The position numbers and the translations under genes are program-made. The notes under the pieces are model-generated. The model made no database searches. It was not told the origin of the DNA and saw nothing but the letters and a program-made list of their open reading frames with translations. DNA of 64,000 nucleotides from assembly GCF_006345805.1 (NCBI RefSeq), contig NC_042997.1, forward strand, positions 7,874,001 through 7,938,000, written 5' to 3'. Shown here one piece after another: positions 11,927-23,800 of this stretch. The DNA is from Octopus sinensis (taxonomy: Eukaryota). Within the stretch, counting starts at the first letter, position 1. Each line of letters begins with the position of its first letter.

Positions 11927-12204
11927 TGTGTGTGCGTGTATGTGTGAGTGTGTGTGTGTATGTGTGTGTGCATGTGTGTATGTATCTACGTACGTAGCAT
12001 ATATATTCATGGTGTATAGAATATAGAATGCATGTATATTTAAAACAAGGAGCATTAAGGTGTCATCAGATGGAATTAATACGTCCTTGTATTTCGGAAT
12101 CAAAAGATCTATTGACACAGTGATAATGTGTTGTAAATACACACGCATAAGAATGTACAGGCATACGAATGCACGCAGATACATTCATACATACATGAAA
12201 ATAT

Positions 12205-12238
<34 letters not shown>

Positions 12239-12267
12239 ATAATATATATTATATATATATATATATA

Positions 12268-12314
<47 letters not shown>

Positions 12315-12482
12315 CATATATACATATATACATGCATAAGACGGTACGCACATGTGTATATGTATGTATTTATATATATACATATATATATGCATAGGTG
12401 TGTATGTGTGCATCTATATATATATGCATATATATATATATATATTATGTATCTATATATGTGTATGCCTCTCTCTATATAT

Positions 12483-12532
<50 letters not shown>

Positions 12533-12535
12533 ATA
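11860..12535. repeat. TA/CA-rich low-complexity block
   Basis: Directly visible. Confidence 0.9.
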
Positions 12536-13130
12536 CTTTTATACTGTAGTATTCTTAGAACTCTTTCTCTCTGTATTTATTTTGCATTACTTCCAGTGTT
12601 TTGCGTTCCACGTGAAGTTATATTATACAACCATACGTGTATATAGAGGCACAAATATATTAATACCTACGCACACACGTGTACCTGTGTAACCGTATAT
12701 GTGTGTATATATCTGTCAAGCTATACACTCACACACACACATAAATATTACCTTTAGGTTACTGTAATATACTTTAAATTACTTCTTTTAATGATATTAA
12801 TAGAAAAGATTTGGCGATAAAAAAAATCGTGCATTTTATTCATTTATTTTTTTTTATATGATTTCGTTAAAGGATTTTCAATCATTTCACGTCTTTCATT
12901 CAGAAATATTATATTGGGAATTTCGTAATATACGTGGTAGACAAATCATTGTGCTTAAGGGCAGAAAAAACAGAAGCTAAAATATATTCCAACCATTTTT
13001 TAAAACTAAGTAAAAAAAACTGCTGAAATAGTGTAGATAAATTTTGAAACCTTTAAAATTTGCCACATCTTTTCATTATCTAAATATAGGTATTTTCATT
13101 CTTTCTACTTTCAGTTATGCTGACGGTTTG

Positions 13131-13134
<4 letters not shown>

Positions 13135-13201
<67 letters not shown>

Positions 13202-13487
13202 GGAGAGATTGATAGATAGACACATAGATACGTTCAAACATCTATTATAGACCGATGCATGCATATATAGGATCACGCGTATACGTACCTATATCTGTGT
13301 GTGTGTGCGTGTGTATTCATTATATATACATATATGCAACAAATACAAACATATTATATACACCTACATACATACGTACATACATACATACCTACCTACA
13401 TACATACATACATAAATACATACCTACATACATACATACATAATACATACATACATACATACATACATACATACATACATACATACA

Positions 13488-13519
<32 letters not shown>

Positions 13520-13530
13520 CATACATAGAC
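13135..13530. repeat. (TA)n, (GA)n and (CATA)n microsatellites
   Basis: Directly visible. Confidence 0.9.
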
Positions 13531-13929
13531 GTATTTATTTTTACGTTTATTTCAGTCTACGGAAAAGGTAGCTCAAAACGTTTAAATTTGTATACATATT
13601 ATCTTATTAGATAGGAAACCAAGAGCAGCTACTCCAGGAGCAGGTTTTTTTGCACTCCAGCGCTAGGCCAGTTTTTCAAAACCGTTTCTACTAATCAATA
13701 AGAATTTGTATTAACTATTCTATTATCGCTACATATCTGTATGGTTTTCTTTGATTTTAATTTGAATTTCTCGTTAGGAAGTTCAAGCTTGTCGCTAAGA
13801 AATGAACCCAAGGTCATTTTGTACATATGTGACTGAGTTAATGTGTTGGTTGAACTGTCGATGCATACACTGTGTCTTTAATAGAGTGGATTTGGAGAAT
13901 CCGCGCCATTTTCTTTTGCCTTATATCCG

Positions 13930-14069
13930 CGAAACCCAGTATTTGAAGAGCGTAGGCTCGAAACGTTAAAGACTTGTTTTATTTATATTTCCTGAGCGCC
14001 ATACTAATACAATTGTTCGTTTGTTTTCCACCTGCCTTCGTCTTTTGTCTATTTTCATAAAGCTTCCCG

Positions 14070-14070
<1 letters not shown>
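13930..14070 (+). mobile_element. Family F2-related element end with truncated hammerhead-like motif
   Basis: gaagagc-gtag-gctc-gaaac-gtt-aaagact followed by a tail similar to 26790-26895, ending at (TA)n. Confidence 0.6.
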
Positions 14071-14113
<43 letters not shown>

Positions 14114-14174
14114 GAATTTATGTATGTATGTATGTATGTATGTATGTATGTATACTTATATACTTGTAAATGTG

Positions 14175-14262
14175 TACAGGAGTGGCTACGTGATAAGAAG
14201 TCTGCATCTGAAGCACTTGGTTCCACGTTCAGTACCACTGACTGGCGCTTTGGCTAAGTGCC
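14175..14262 (+). mobile_element. SINE family A head fragment
   Basis: caggagtggct...gttcagtaccact...ctttggctaagtg. Confidence 0.7.
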
Positions 14263-14396
14263 GTCATGGCATTCCACTAACTGAGGTTTGTTCATGTATT
14301 ATAAAGCTACGCTGACATTCCTTCCACTTCTCCAAACTGGAAGATTTATTTTCATTGACTTCACTCGTGCTCAGTCGAGTATATTTTCTCTCTCAT

Positions 14397-14585
14397 TAAG
14401 GCAGCAACAATCCCCGTGACATTTCGCCCGTATTTACTTTCTGAGTTAAAATTCCACTGTGGTCAAATCTACCTTTCAGCCTTTCGAGGTGTGTAAATTA
14501 ATTACCAGTTTAACAATGGGGTCAATATAAAATACTACTCTTGCTCACAAAATTTCAGGCCGTGTACCGATAGTAGAAAGAAAAT
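14397..14585 (+). mobile_element. SINE family B, diverged
   Basis: ttctgagttaaattccactgtggtc...cctttcagcctttcgagg...ttaattaccag...ggggtc. Confidence 0.7.
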
Positions 14586-14939
14586 TATCTCACTTCTCTT
14601 CCTCTAGTCACGTGTAAAATGCCGAGATACTGTTTATCTTCAACCCTGCATTGCAAAAACCATCCAGTTATTCAGCAAGTTCAAGATTTCCGACTAACGA
14701 AGTCACACGAATAAATTCATCCATTCGCAGTTGATGCCTAACATCGTTTACCTTTAATAGTAATAGTCGTGTTAGTTTTCAATGTTTTTCCCCCCTTAGT
14801 CTGTAAACGTCGCTTGTTCTGTGTCTATTGCTCTTTTAATGACGATTTGTCTGTAAACAGTTCGTAGTCTTCAGTAGTTTTCACGTCACCTGCAGACCTT
14901 CTTCGAAATCTGAAGGATGGCACGTTACTTCTGATTGAA

Positions 14940-15012
14940 GTAACGTAGCGTCAGACGTAATACCGCTAAACATTTTGCCCAGCGTGCTAATGATTCTGCC
15001 AGCTCACCTTCT
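14940..15012 (-). mobile_element. SINE family B head fragment
   Basis: cgtgctaatgattctgccagctcacc matches the family B 5' end on the minus strand. Confidence 0.65.
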
Positions 15013-15494
15013 TCCAATCTTAAAAATAATATTGTTCACAAACATGTAGCTACGGTGTAATTAAAATAAACAAAAGAAAGGTATAAACATTTTCTACGCA
15101 GCTATTCGTAATATGACTTTACTTATTTTGCTCCATTTCAGCAATCATACACAGAAAGAATGACACTGCGGTTTACTTATTTAGTTAATCCTTTATTGGT
15201 ATTCCGCTAAATTTTACTTCATTTTATTCCTTTCTTTACCGCAGGTCACTTATCTTAACATTTGACGCCGAAAACCTAAATGATTTTATTTATAAAATCA
15301 ACGCGACAATTATAATTTAATAGCTTAATATCCATTTTGAAAGATGAAGCCTCATATTTTCTGTCTTTATAAAGAGAACTTCTTACCACAAGATTAATAA
15401 GCATTTAAGTGAAACCTTATGTACAGACTAAAACTTATTATTTGAATAGACTCACACATGTATATATAAGTATGTATGTATTAATGTATGTGTG

Positions 15495-15543
<49 letters not shown>

Positions 15544-15544
15544 C

Positions 15545-15965
15545 TATTGACCGGCCACACCTCTTATGTCCACCTCCTATGTTCCTGCCTTTAGGCTTTC
15601 ACTCCATACACGCCAGCTCAATTTGATTCCTTTTCAGTCGAAAGACACCTGTTGTTATTTTCTTGTTATTTGTATTCGTAATTGTGTACCATGTTCTCCA
15701 TTTGTTGCCTTTGCTAGCTTTCATACAAAAAATCTAATGTTCTAAGCTTAGACGTTTTTCAGGGCAACCAGCTCGAACTGTTTCAAGTGTAACTGCCCAA
15801 AACGGTTATGACTTCTGGAACTTGAGCGAGGAAAGAAGGCCACGAATAACTCGTCTTTTTTGCCTGTCCTAATTGTTGTTTCCCCTGTTCGCCTTTGTAT
15901 CGTGTATCTGTCCGAATGTTTTATTGTCTTCTATTGCATTTTCGTTCCATTTGTTTTATATTTAT
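15545..15965 (+). mobile_element. (TA)n-flanked repeat family F3, copy 1
   Basis: Colinear diverged match to the reverse complement of 27160-27525 (acacctgttgttat, aatctaatgtt, gaggaaagaa). Confidence 0.6.
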
Positions 15966-16023
15966 ATATACATGCATACATACTTATATATATATATATA
16001 TATATATTTTATTATATAGAAGG

Positions 16024-16074
16024 AGCTTCTACAGGACTAGAACTGTTTCATTCAAGAGAAATCTTCAGGAAGCT
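16024..16074 (-). ncRNA. Type I hammerhead ribozyme motif, intact core
   Basis: Exact reverse complement of 17718-17768. Confidence 0.65.
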
Positions 16075-16354
16075 AGTTAACAAGAATTGTATTGGCATTT
16101 ATACATTTAGGCAGGTTTAAAGGGGTGTTGGTGGGGGACTTTTTGGGGGTAGGCATAGCGCAAAAAATCATACTTGGGGGAGTGGTCAAGGATCAGTGTT
16201 AAATTAGATAGGAGAATAAAAAAAAAATAAAAAATAAAAAATAAAAATAAAAAAAAAAAAAAAAAAAAATAAAAATAAAAAATAAAAATAAAAATAAAAA
16301 AATATATAAAAAAATATAAAGAAATAAAAAATAAAAATAAAAAATAAATATATA

Positions 16355-16385
<31 letters not shown>

Positions 16386-17408
16386 AGGGGGAATAGAGTT
16401 TTAGGTAAATAAGGAGATCTCACTTATACCTCTACACATACACACACATATATACACTCCACATACATATACATATCTACACATACACATATATATGTTA
16501 CATACACACACTCACTTGCATACACGTATACACACATACTCACATACACGCATACACACACAATCCATACACACACATGCACACACAGCACACTAGTCCC
16601 TATATACACATATATACACATACACACATATATATACACCCACACATACACATACACATACACATACACATACGTATGTGTATATACGTGAATGTATGTA
16701 GATGTACGTATGTATGAATATAACGCGTGCGTGCGTGTATGCGTATGAGTGTACGAATGAGTGAGTGTACGTGCTAATGAGTGTGAGTGAGTGAATGAGT
16801 AATTGTTTTCCAGTAGACGGATAAATGGTCTGGCTGTCATAGCCAGATGTTTGTGACCAAGCGGCCAAAGATAACAAAAGTAATAAACGAAGATAATAAA
16901 ATTAAAATTAGGGATGGGTCTGTATTTGTATATGTATATATATATATATTGTGTATGTGTAGGTATGCATGGTACACATATGTATATATATGTGTATATA
17001 TATATATATATTATGTGTATTTATTATATGTATGTGTATGTGTATGTATGTATATATATGTGTATGTATGTGTATTTGTGGTGTTATATATATGTGTGTA
17101 TGTGTATAATGTGTATATAGGACTAGTGTGCTGTGTGTGCATGTGTGTGTATGGATTTGTGTGTGTATGCGTGTATGTGAGTATGTGTGTGTACGTGTAT
17201 ATATATATATTTTTTTCTGTGTGTATATGTATGTGTGGTCGTGTGTGTATATATACATGTGTGTATACGTGTATGCAAGTGAGTGTGTGTATGTATACAT
17301 ATATATGTGTATGTGTAGATATGTATATGTATGTGTGAGTGTATATATGTGTGTATGTGTAGAGGTATAAGTGAGAATCTCCTTATTTACCTAAAACTCT
17401 ATTCCCCC

Positions 17409-17454
<46 letters not shown>

Positions 17455-17717
17455 TATTTTTATTTTTATTTTTTTATATTTTTTTATATATTTTTTTTTT
17501 ATTTTTTATTTTTTTTTTATTTTTTATTTTTTTATTTTTATTTTTTTTTTATTTTTTATTTTTTATTTTTTTTTTATTCTCCTATCTAATTTAACACTGA
17601 CTCCTTGACCACTCCCCCAAGTATGATTTTTTGCGCTATGCCTACCCCCAAAAAGTCCCCCACCAACACCCCTTTAAACCTGCCTAATGTATAAATGCAA
17701 TACAATTCTTGTTAACT

Positions 17718-17768
17718 AGCTTCCTGAAGATTTCTCTTGAATGAAACAGTTCTAGTCCTGTAGAAGCT
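17718..17768 (+). ncRNA. Type I hammerhead ribozyme motif, intact core
   Basis: Stem I AGCUUC/GAAGCU; CUGAAGA 17724-17730; stem II UUC/GAA with UCUU loop and a U-U closing mismatch; GAAAC 17743-17747; stem III ACAG/CUGU; GUA 17760-17762. Confidence 0.7.
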
Positions 17769-17853
17769 CCTTCTATATAATAAATTAATTTTACTCTGCT
17801 ATGTATTGAGTACCTTTTTTACTGTGGTTACCCCGAATCAACCCGGGACCTAC

Positions 17854-17914
<61 letters not shown>

Positions 17915-17916
<2 letters not shown>

Positions 17917-19070
17917 CAGTTTGAGTCAAAAGATCTTTTCGGATTTTACTAATGATATTTGGTAACTTGTATCGCATTTTATATCATTAATTTGATACAT
18001 CTTGTCCAATCGCATCTAAAGTTTTCACTCTTTACTTTGCATCTTTGGTAATGAGTGGTGAAAAAATTGCAATTAGAGCCATTTTGGATGCCTATCGAAA
18101 AAAGAATTGAGTGGAAGGGTAACGGCAAAATGACTTAATGGTGTGGAGGCCCCAGTAATTGTCAACGAATGTGTGGAACAAAACTTGCAATGACGGTGAC
18201 CCCAGCTTCGAAAATAAACCGAGATCAGCGAGACTTTCTATTGTGGAAGATGAATCCTTACTTGACATGAGTGAACAACAGCCAAGCATAGGCACTCATA
18301 CATTGTGGTCAGAACTTGGTCTTAAACACAAAAAAAAGCACCAATCAACAAACCCGTTAGCTCGGCCTTGTGAATAGACGACACCGAGACGCTTCTCATA
18401 AACTGAAAGAATTCCAGGCTCAAAGAAGTGTGAGCTTTTGCCAACAATTGCTGCCAAATCTATATAAGCCCGCATTTTGGTGCCAAAATGTAACTGGGGA
18501 TGAATAATTGATCTATTTTCAAAATCCTAATAAGTGAAATCTTCTCTTCGTTTCAACAAGATTTCGTTCCAGAACTTTTTGTCAAACAAGGGCGATTTGA
18601 ACAGCGGGTCGTGTTACGTATCTGGCGGAATTTGAACGTCTCCTAGATGGCCATGCTGTGAACGCTAGCCTTTCTTCTCAACAAATCGAGCGAGTATATG
18701 ATGCTTTGAAATCGTGATATCCGGCACTGGTGAATCGAAGACGCACAATCCTACAACATAACATTTCAACGGCACATACTACCAATGTGACTAAGCGCAA
18801 ATTTGTGAAACTTCAGGGGCTGGAAGTGCTACCTCACACTACCTACTCTCCAGAACTTGGACCATCGGATTACCATATTTTCCGAGCCAGAGCTCATTTC
18901 CCGCGCTAGCAGAGGTTAAATAACAAATTTCAGTATATGTTCCATCCATTTTATACAGCAGAATCGCAAAGAAGTATCTCCAATGATTCGAAGAAATTTG
19001 GATGTTTCGTTAGAAATATAATTAGAACAAAAGACAAATATCCTTAAATTATTTATTCTTGACCTATTTT
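17915..19070 (+). mobile_element. Degenerate mariner element
   Basis: GDPSFENKPRSARLSIVEDESL (ORF 18159-18377) and LPYSPELGPSDYHIFR near 18840-18890; right boundary uncertain. Confidence 0.75.
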
Positions 19071-19237
19071 ATTTTTCAGATAAGATATCAGGGTTAGGTT
19101 GTTCATCTTTCTCTCTTTTCTCTCTCTCTCTCTCACTCTATCTCTCTGCCCCCCCCCCCGCTACTTTGGTGTTGATGAGCCAGGGTCAATTAATTTTGGT
19201 GTTGATTAGGCCTTGATCACTCATGATTAAATATGTG

Positions 19238-20320
19238 CACGAGTGTCGGCTAAAAAGTTCATAGGCTGATTAAAACACTCGCATATAACGTAACCAAATG
19301 GAGTTTACATTTCAACATAGTCCTCCTTGCTGTCTATGTCCTTTTTCAATCAGTGTTGCAATGCTTGGATCACATTGGTGAAGAAGCTTTCATCTTGCTA
19401 TACAAAAAGCCATCAACAGAAGTTATGATGCCATCATCACTACGACGCTGGATCGCAGCCATGTGATTTTTCATGTTGGGGAACATATGATAGCCAGTTG
19501 GGTCCAAATCGGGAGTTTAGGGACGGTGATCATCAAGTTCAAACCACAGTCACACATAGCAGTCATTGAAACGAAGGAATTGTATGCTGGAAATTTTCCT
19601 CGTGAAACTAGACCCATTTTGCCAGTTTTTCTGGGCATTTGGTCTTGATAGCCTTTCGTAATTGTATCAGCAATTTGGCACAGTACTCTTCATTGATGGT
19701 ATGGTGCTTTTGGAGATAGTAAATAAGCACAGTGCCTTTTGTGTCCCTCCCCCAAACTGAGGCTGTCCCCTTTCCTGAAGATGAAACGACCTTGGCCTTC
19801 TTTGAAGCAGGCGAAGAGCGGGTGTTTCCACGACGTTAATTGTTTCATCGTCTCTGGCGCAAAATGTTTAACACGAAACTCATCCAGATTAAGGAAGCGT
19901 TCAAGGAAACTAAGCTAGATCTGGCTGAAACAACGTTAGATTTCCCTCGTGGATTTATCAGTCTGGTGGGCATTTGATCATATGTTAGAAGACACTGAAT
20001 CCACTGAGCAGAAATCTTCGTCATGCCAAGTTCTCAAATCTGTCATGGGATATACGAATAACATTGGCTAAATGCTTTATAATCAATCGATTGTCATCCA
20101 TCACCATGTGGTGAACACGATCAATGTTTTCCTCGGAGGTGGTAGTTATAGGACTTCAAGATACTGAGTCATCTTCAGGACTCTCCCTTCCCCTCCAAAA
20201 TTCAGTTGCCCACATTTTCACTGTTGATAAAGCTGGAGCATTATCCCCTAATGTTGCAACCACATCAGTATGAACGTCTTCCCGGATTAACCGTTTTTTT
20301 TTCTGCAGCTACTTGCTAAC
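19238..20320 (-). mobile_element. Degenerate mariner element
   Basis: Minus strand ELGMTKISAQWI near 20005-20035 and TPDLDPTGYHMFPNMK near 19470-19515; TIR-like cacgagtgtcggctaaaaag at 19238. Confidence 0.75.
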
Positions 20321-21067
20321 ATCCCGATACTAAATATTGTCTATTTTCATGAGAATTCACTACCAGATACTTTTCAAGTCATCTTTGAACAGTCAGTTGT
20401 CACTTTACCTACGGTTATCATTTAACGGATCTGAAAATAATGCATGCAATATTTCACACCTCTATCATCATTCTTTCATAGGTAACCCACCCTCGCAAAC
20501 AGGTAACAGTCAATGCATTCCTGAATGGCTTTCTCTTTTATTCCCAGACGTTGCATACTTATGACAATATCTTGCATGATTATTTACAAAATAGACTTTG
20601 AGGAGAAGGATATTTAGCAGTTATTCCTGGAATATCTCATGACTACTTACAATCTTGTTTTTCTTTTGTTATTCTGTGCACTATTCTTGTACAGTTAGTG
20701 ATTCAATATCGACAGTCAGCTTAGAAGATGGCGGTGAAGTGCTACAGTATGCAGCCGTTTATTTGCAAATGATTAAATATATACTTGTCGATATTATAAT
20801 GGAAAAAATATTGGAGAATATATTTTTCAGAAACGTTTACTTTCTGTTTGTGTTTGAGCAAGTTACTCTTATTTGCATTGTATTTAGCTGTAATTTATAA
20901 TGTTGGATTATAATTCAGTTTACTTATTTTCAATTTCCGTTATTTTGTTGCAATTTGTTTGAGTCCTTTGAAGAAGAAATATATCTTTGTGTTGAATTTA
21001 TACGTTTCTGAAATAATACCGAATGTTTGGCCAACAATTTCTCTCGTGAATATTAACAGTGTGTTAG

Positions 21068-21076
21068 TATATATAT

Positions 21077-21155
<79 letters not shown>

Positions 21156-21230
21156 TATATGTGTGTGTGTGTGTTGTGTGTGTGTGTGTGTTGTGTGTGT
21201 GTGTATGTGTGTATGTATGTATATATATAT
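21068..21230. repeat. (TA)n/(TG)n microsatellites
   Basis: Directly visible. Confidence 0.9.
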
Positions 21231-21331
21231 ATACGTTTGTGTAAGTATGTGTGTGTACAATCATACACATGTTGTATATCTATATATAGATGCACACACA
21301 TACACACAGATTAATATATATATTACTCATA

Positions 21332-21539
21332 TACTTGTTTCAGTCATTTGTCTGCTGCCATGCAGTAGCACCGCCTTTAGTCGAGCAAATCGACCCCAGG
21401 ACTTATTCTTTGTAAGACTAGTACTTATTATATCGGTCACTTTTGGCGAACCGATAAATTACAGGGACGCAAACACACTACCATCGGTTGTCAAGCGATG
21501 TTGGAGGGACAAACACGGACACACAAACATATACACACG

Positions 21540-21577
<38 letters not shown>

Positions 21578-21743
21578 AATATTCGACGGGCTTCTTTCAG
21601 TTTCCGTCTACCAAATCCACTTACAAGGCTTTGATCGGCCCGAGGCTATAGTAGAAGACACTTGCCCAAGGTACCACGCAGTGGGACTGAACCCGGAACT
21701 GTGACTGATAAGCAAGCTTCTTACCACACAGCCACTCCTGCGC
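21332..21743 (-). mobile_element. Full-length SINE family A
   Basis: Reverse complement of 11449-11840, including head (ccacacagccactcctgcgc) and internal (TA)n. Confidence 0.9.
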
Positions 21744-22739
21744 TTATTAAATACATAAACTTAAATTTTTTTTTATGCATCATACCATTGATTTCTTACA
21801 ATGGCTCAAAGTAATATATGTGTAGGAGTGTTGTAGTTGCAAAATTGTTGCTAGGATATTATTTTATCCCTTTATTATGTATCAGCCATTGGACCACGAC
21901 CATTCTATGGAGTCTTTTGAAGTGTTCCGTCAGTCAATTTTACCTTAGTGTTTCATTTGCCGAACTGTTAATTTACAGTTTACGAGAACGGTTAGTAAGT
22001 AGTAGGAGACAAACACAAACGCAAAGACGCACGCATGCATTCACATACGTACAGTTATAGGCGCACGTAAACACACATGCACATACACACACACATACAC
22101 ACACAAACACACACAGACACGCTCACAATCAAACAAACACGCACATATATATGGGTTTCTGCATATTCTCTTCTACCGAATCTACTCACAATTTATCGGT
22201 CACCCCGGGCTAATGTAGATGACACGCACCTAAAATATCTCGGATAGAAATAGAACCAGTCTCCAAGTTGTTACTAAGTAACATTCTTAAATTTGAAAAT
22301 GTAACCCATATGGTTACACTGAGTTTCTTAATATATTCACGCATTCAATGATATATAACCTGTGACCATGTTACTAGTTTGTATTTTGGATTATTTCCTA
22401 GAATGTTGAGAAATTAGACTAAATGTTCCTGGGTATTTCAGTCGAGATAACTCTTACATTACACTTTAATTCTAACACCTACTGCAGTATTTTTGACATT
22501 GTGCATCAGGCGTTTTGTCGATTAAGTTTATATAATGTAGTTGATCAGTATATGTGATTATATGCCTTGCATGTTCGCAACAGCAGATTTAATTTTCGGG
22601 GAAGTACTAAATTAATTGTTTTAATTTGGATACAATACTTCCAGGCTGCTTTGACAGTAAGTGATATATTAAATTAACCTCAAGATGCCAAGCTGGTTAT
22701 CTATAATATATCGATACATTAGGTTGTTTTGGTCATATT

Positions 22740-22960
22740 TGTGATGAAAAGAAGAGATAAAATGGACCGCAAGTCAATCCGGTCTTTAAATATCTCCTCC
22801 GCGAAGTCCAAGTTCCGCAGATTAGCTTTCACTAATTCGCCTCGTCTGTATGAATCTCCTACACCCGCAGATCCCATCCAAATTCAGTGGTCAGCACTTG
22901 TTTATATAGCTATCATCATCCATATGCATTACCTGTTCATACCAGCACAGTATTCATTCT
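22740..22960 (-). mobile_element. RTE-clade LINE 3' fragment
   Basis: Minus strand WYEQVMHMDDDSYINKC...ELVKANLRNLDFAEEIFKDR resembles the RTE C-terminus WxGHVxRM...DR. Confidence 0.65.
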
Positions 22961-23248
22961 TATACTAACACTTGAGAATTATTTAGCCGTTTTGGTCTGA
23001 AAGCTTCTATACTTCATTATTCATGTGCACATTGCACATCTAACGGATTATGCAAGCGTTAGTTCTTTCCATCATTCTTCAGTCCTACACCCTAAAAGTG
23101 AAACCGTTGTCGAATTTTACGAGCAAAGCACCTATACAATTTGTTCATCTTTAGCCGAAGATCTTAAAACTTAGTGTCTGGCTGTGCATTAATTTCCATA
23201 AATGTCAGAAACAAAATTCTCGGCTCTTGTACCACCTTTGAATGTTTC

Positions 23249-23600
23249 AGGCGTGGCTGTATGGTAAGAAGCTTGCATCTCAACCACATTGTTCCAGGTT
23301 CACTCCTACTAAGTGGCACTTTGGGGAAGTGGCTTCTACTATAGCGTCGGGCCGACCGAAGTTTTGTGAGTAGATTTGGTAGACGGAAACTGAAAGAAGC
23401 CCGTCGTGTATGTGTTTGTGTGCGTGTGTTTGTTCACACCACCATCGCATGACAATCAATGTTGGTGTGCTTACGTCACCGTTAACTAACCGCTCAGCAA
23501 AAGAGACCGATAGAATAAGTACTAGGCTTAAAAAGAATAAATCCTGGGGTCGATTTGTTCAACTAAACGTGGTGCTCCAGCATGGCCACAGTCAAATGAC
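23249..23600 (+). mobile_element. SINE family A
   Basis: Colinear with 11449-11840. Confidence 0.88.
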
Positions 23601-23634
23601 TAACGCACATAATAGAATAAAAATACTAAAAGAA

Positions 23635-23684
23635 TACATGTATATATATATATATGTGCATATGTATATGTAGATATACGTGTG

Positions 23685-23780
<96 letters not shown>

Positions 23781-23800
23781 CATACATATGTACATATAAG
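23635..23800. repeat. Long (TA)n array
   Basis: Directly visible. Confidence 0.95.

Larger units (their letters stand above)
16008..17855. mobile_element. ~1.8-kb foldback element (family F1), probable PLE insertion with inverted pLTR
   Basis: Arms ~16008-16670 and ~17030-17784 are reverse complements across unique and microsatellite parts; spacer ~360 bp; one-sided tail 17785-17855; (TA)n on both flanks. Confidence 0.8.

Noticed and set aside
11891-12549. Many 60-230 aa ORFs rich in YI/CV/HT/LS dipeptides (also near 3.1-3.6, 16.4-17.6, 20.9-21.7, 23.6 and 54.7 kb)
   Set aside because: Translations of dinucleotide and tetranucleotide microsatellites, which lack stops in some frames.
16847-16920. 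MFVTKRPKITK in the foldback spacer as the end of a GIY-YIG ORF
   Set aside because: Similarity to LFITKYKPLLN is too short to support.
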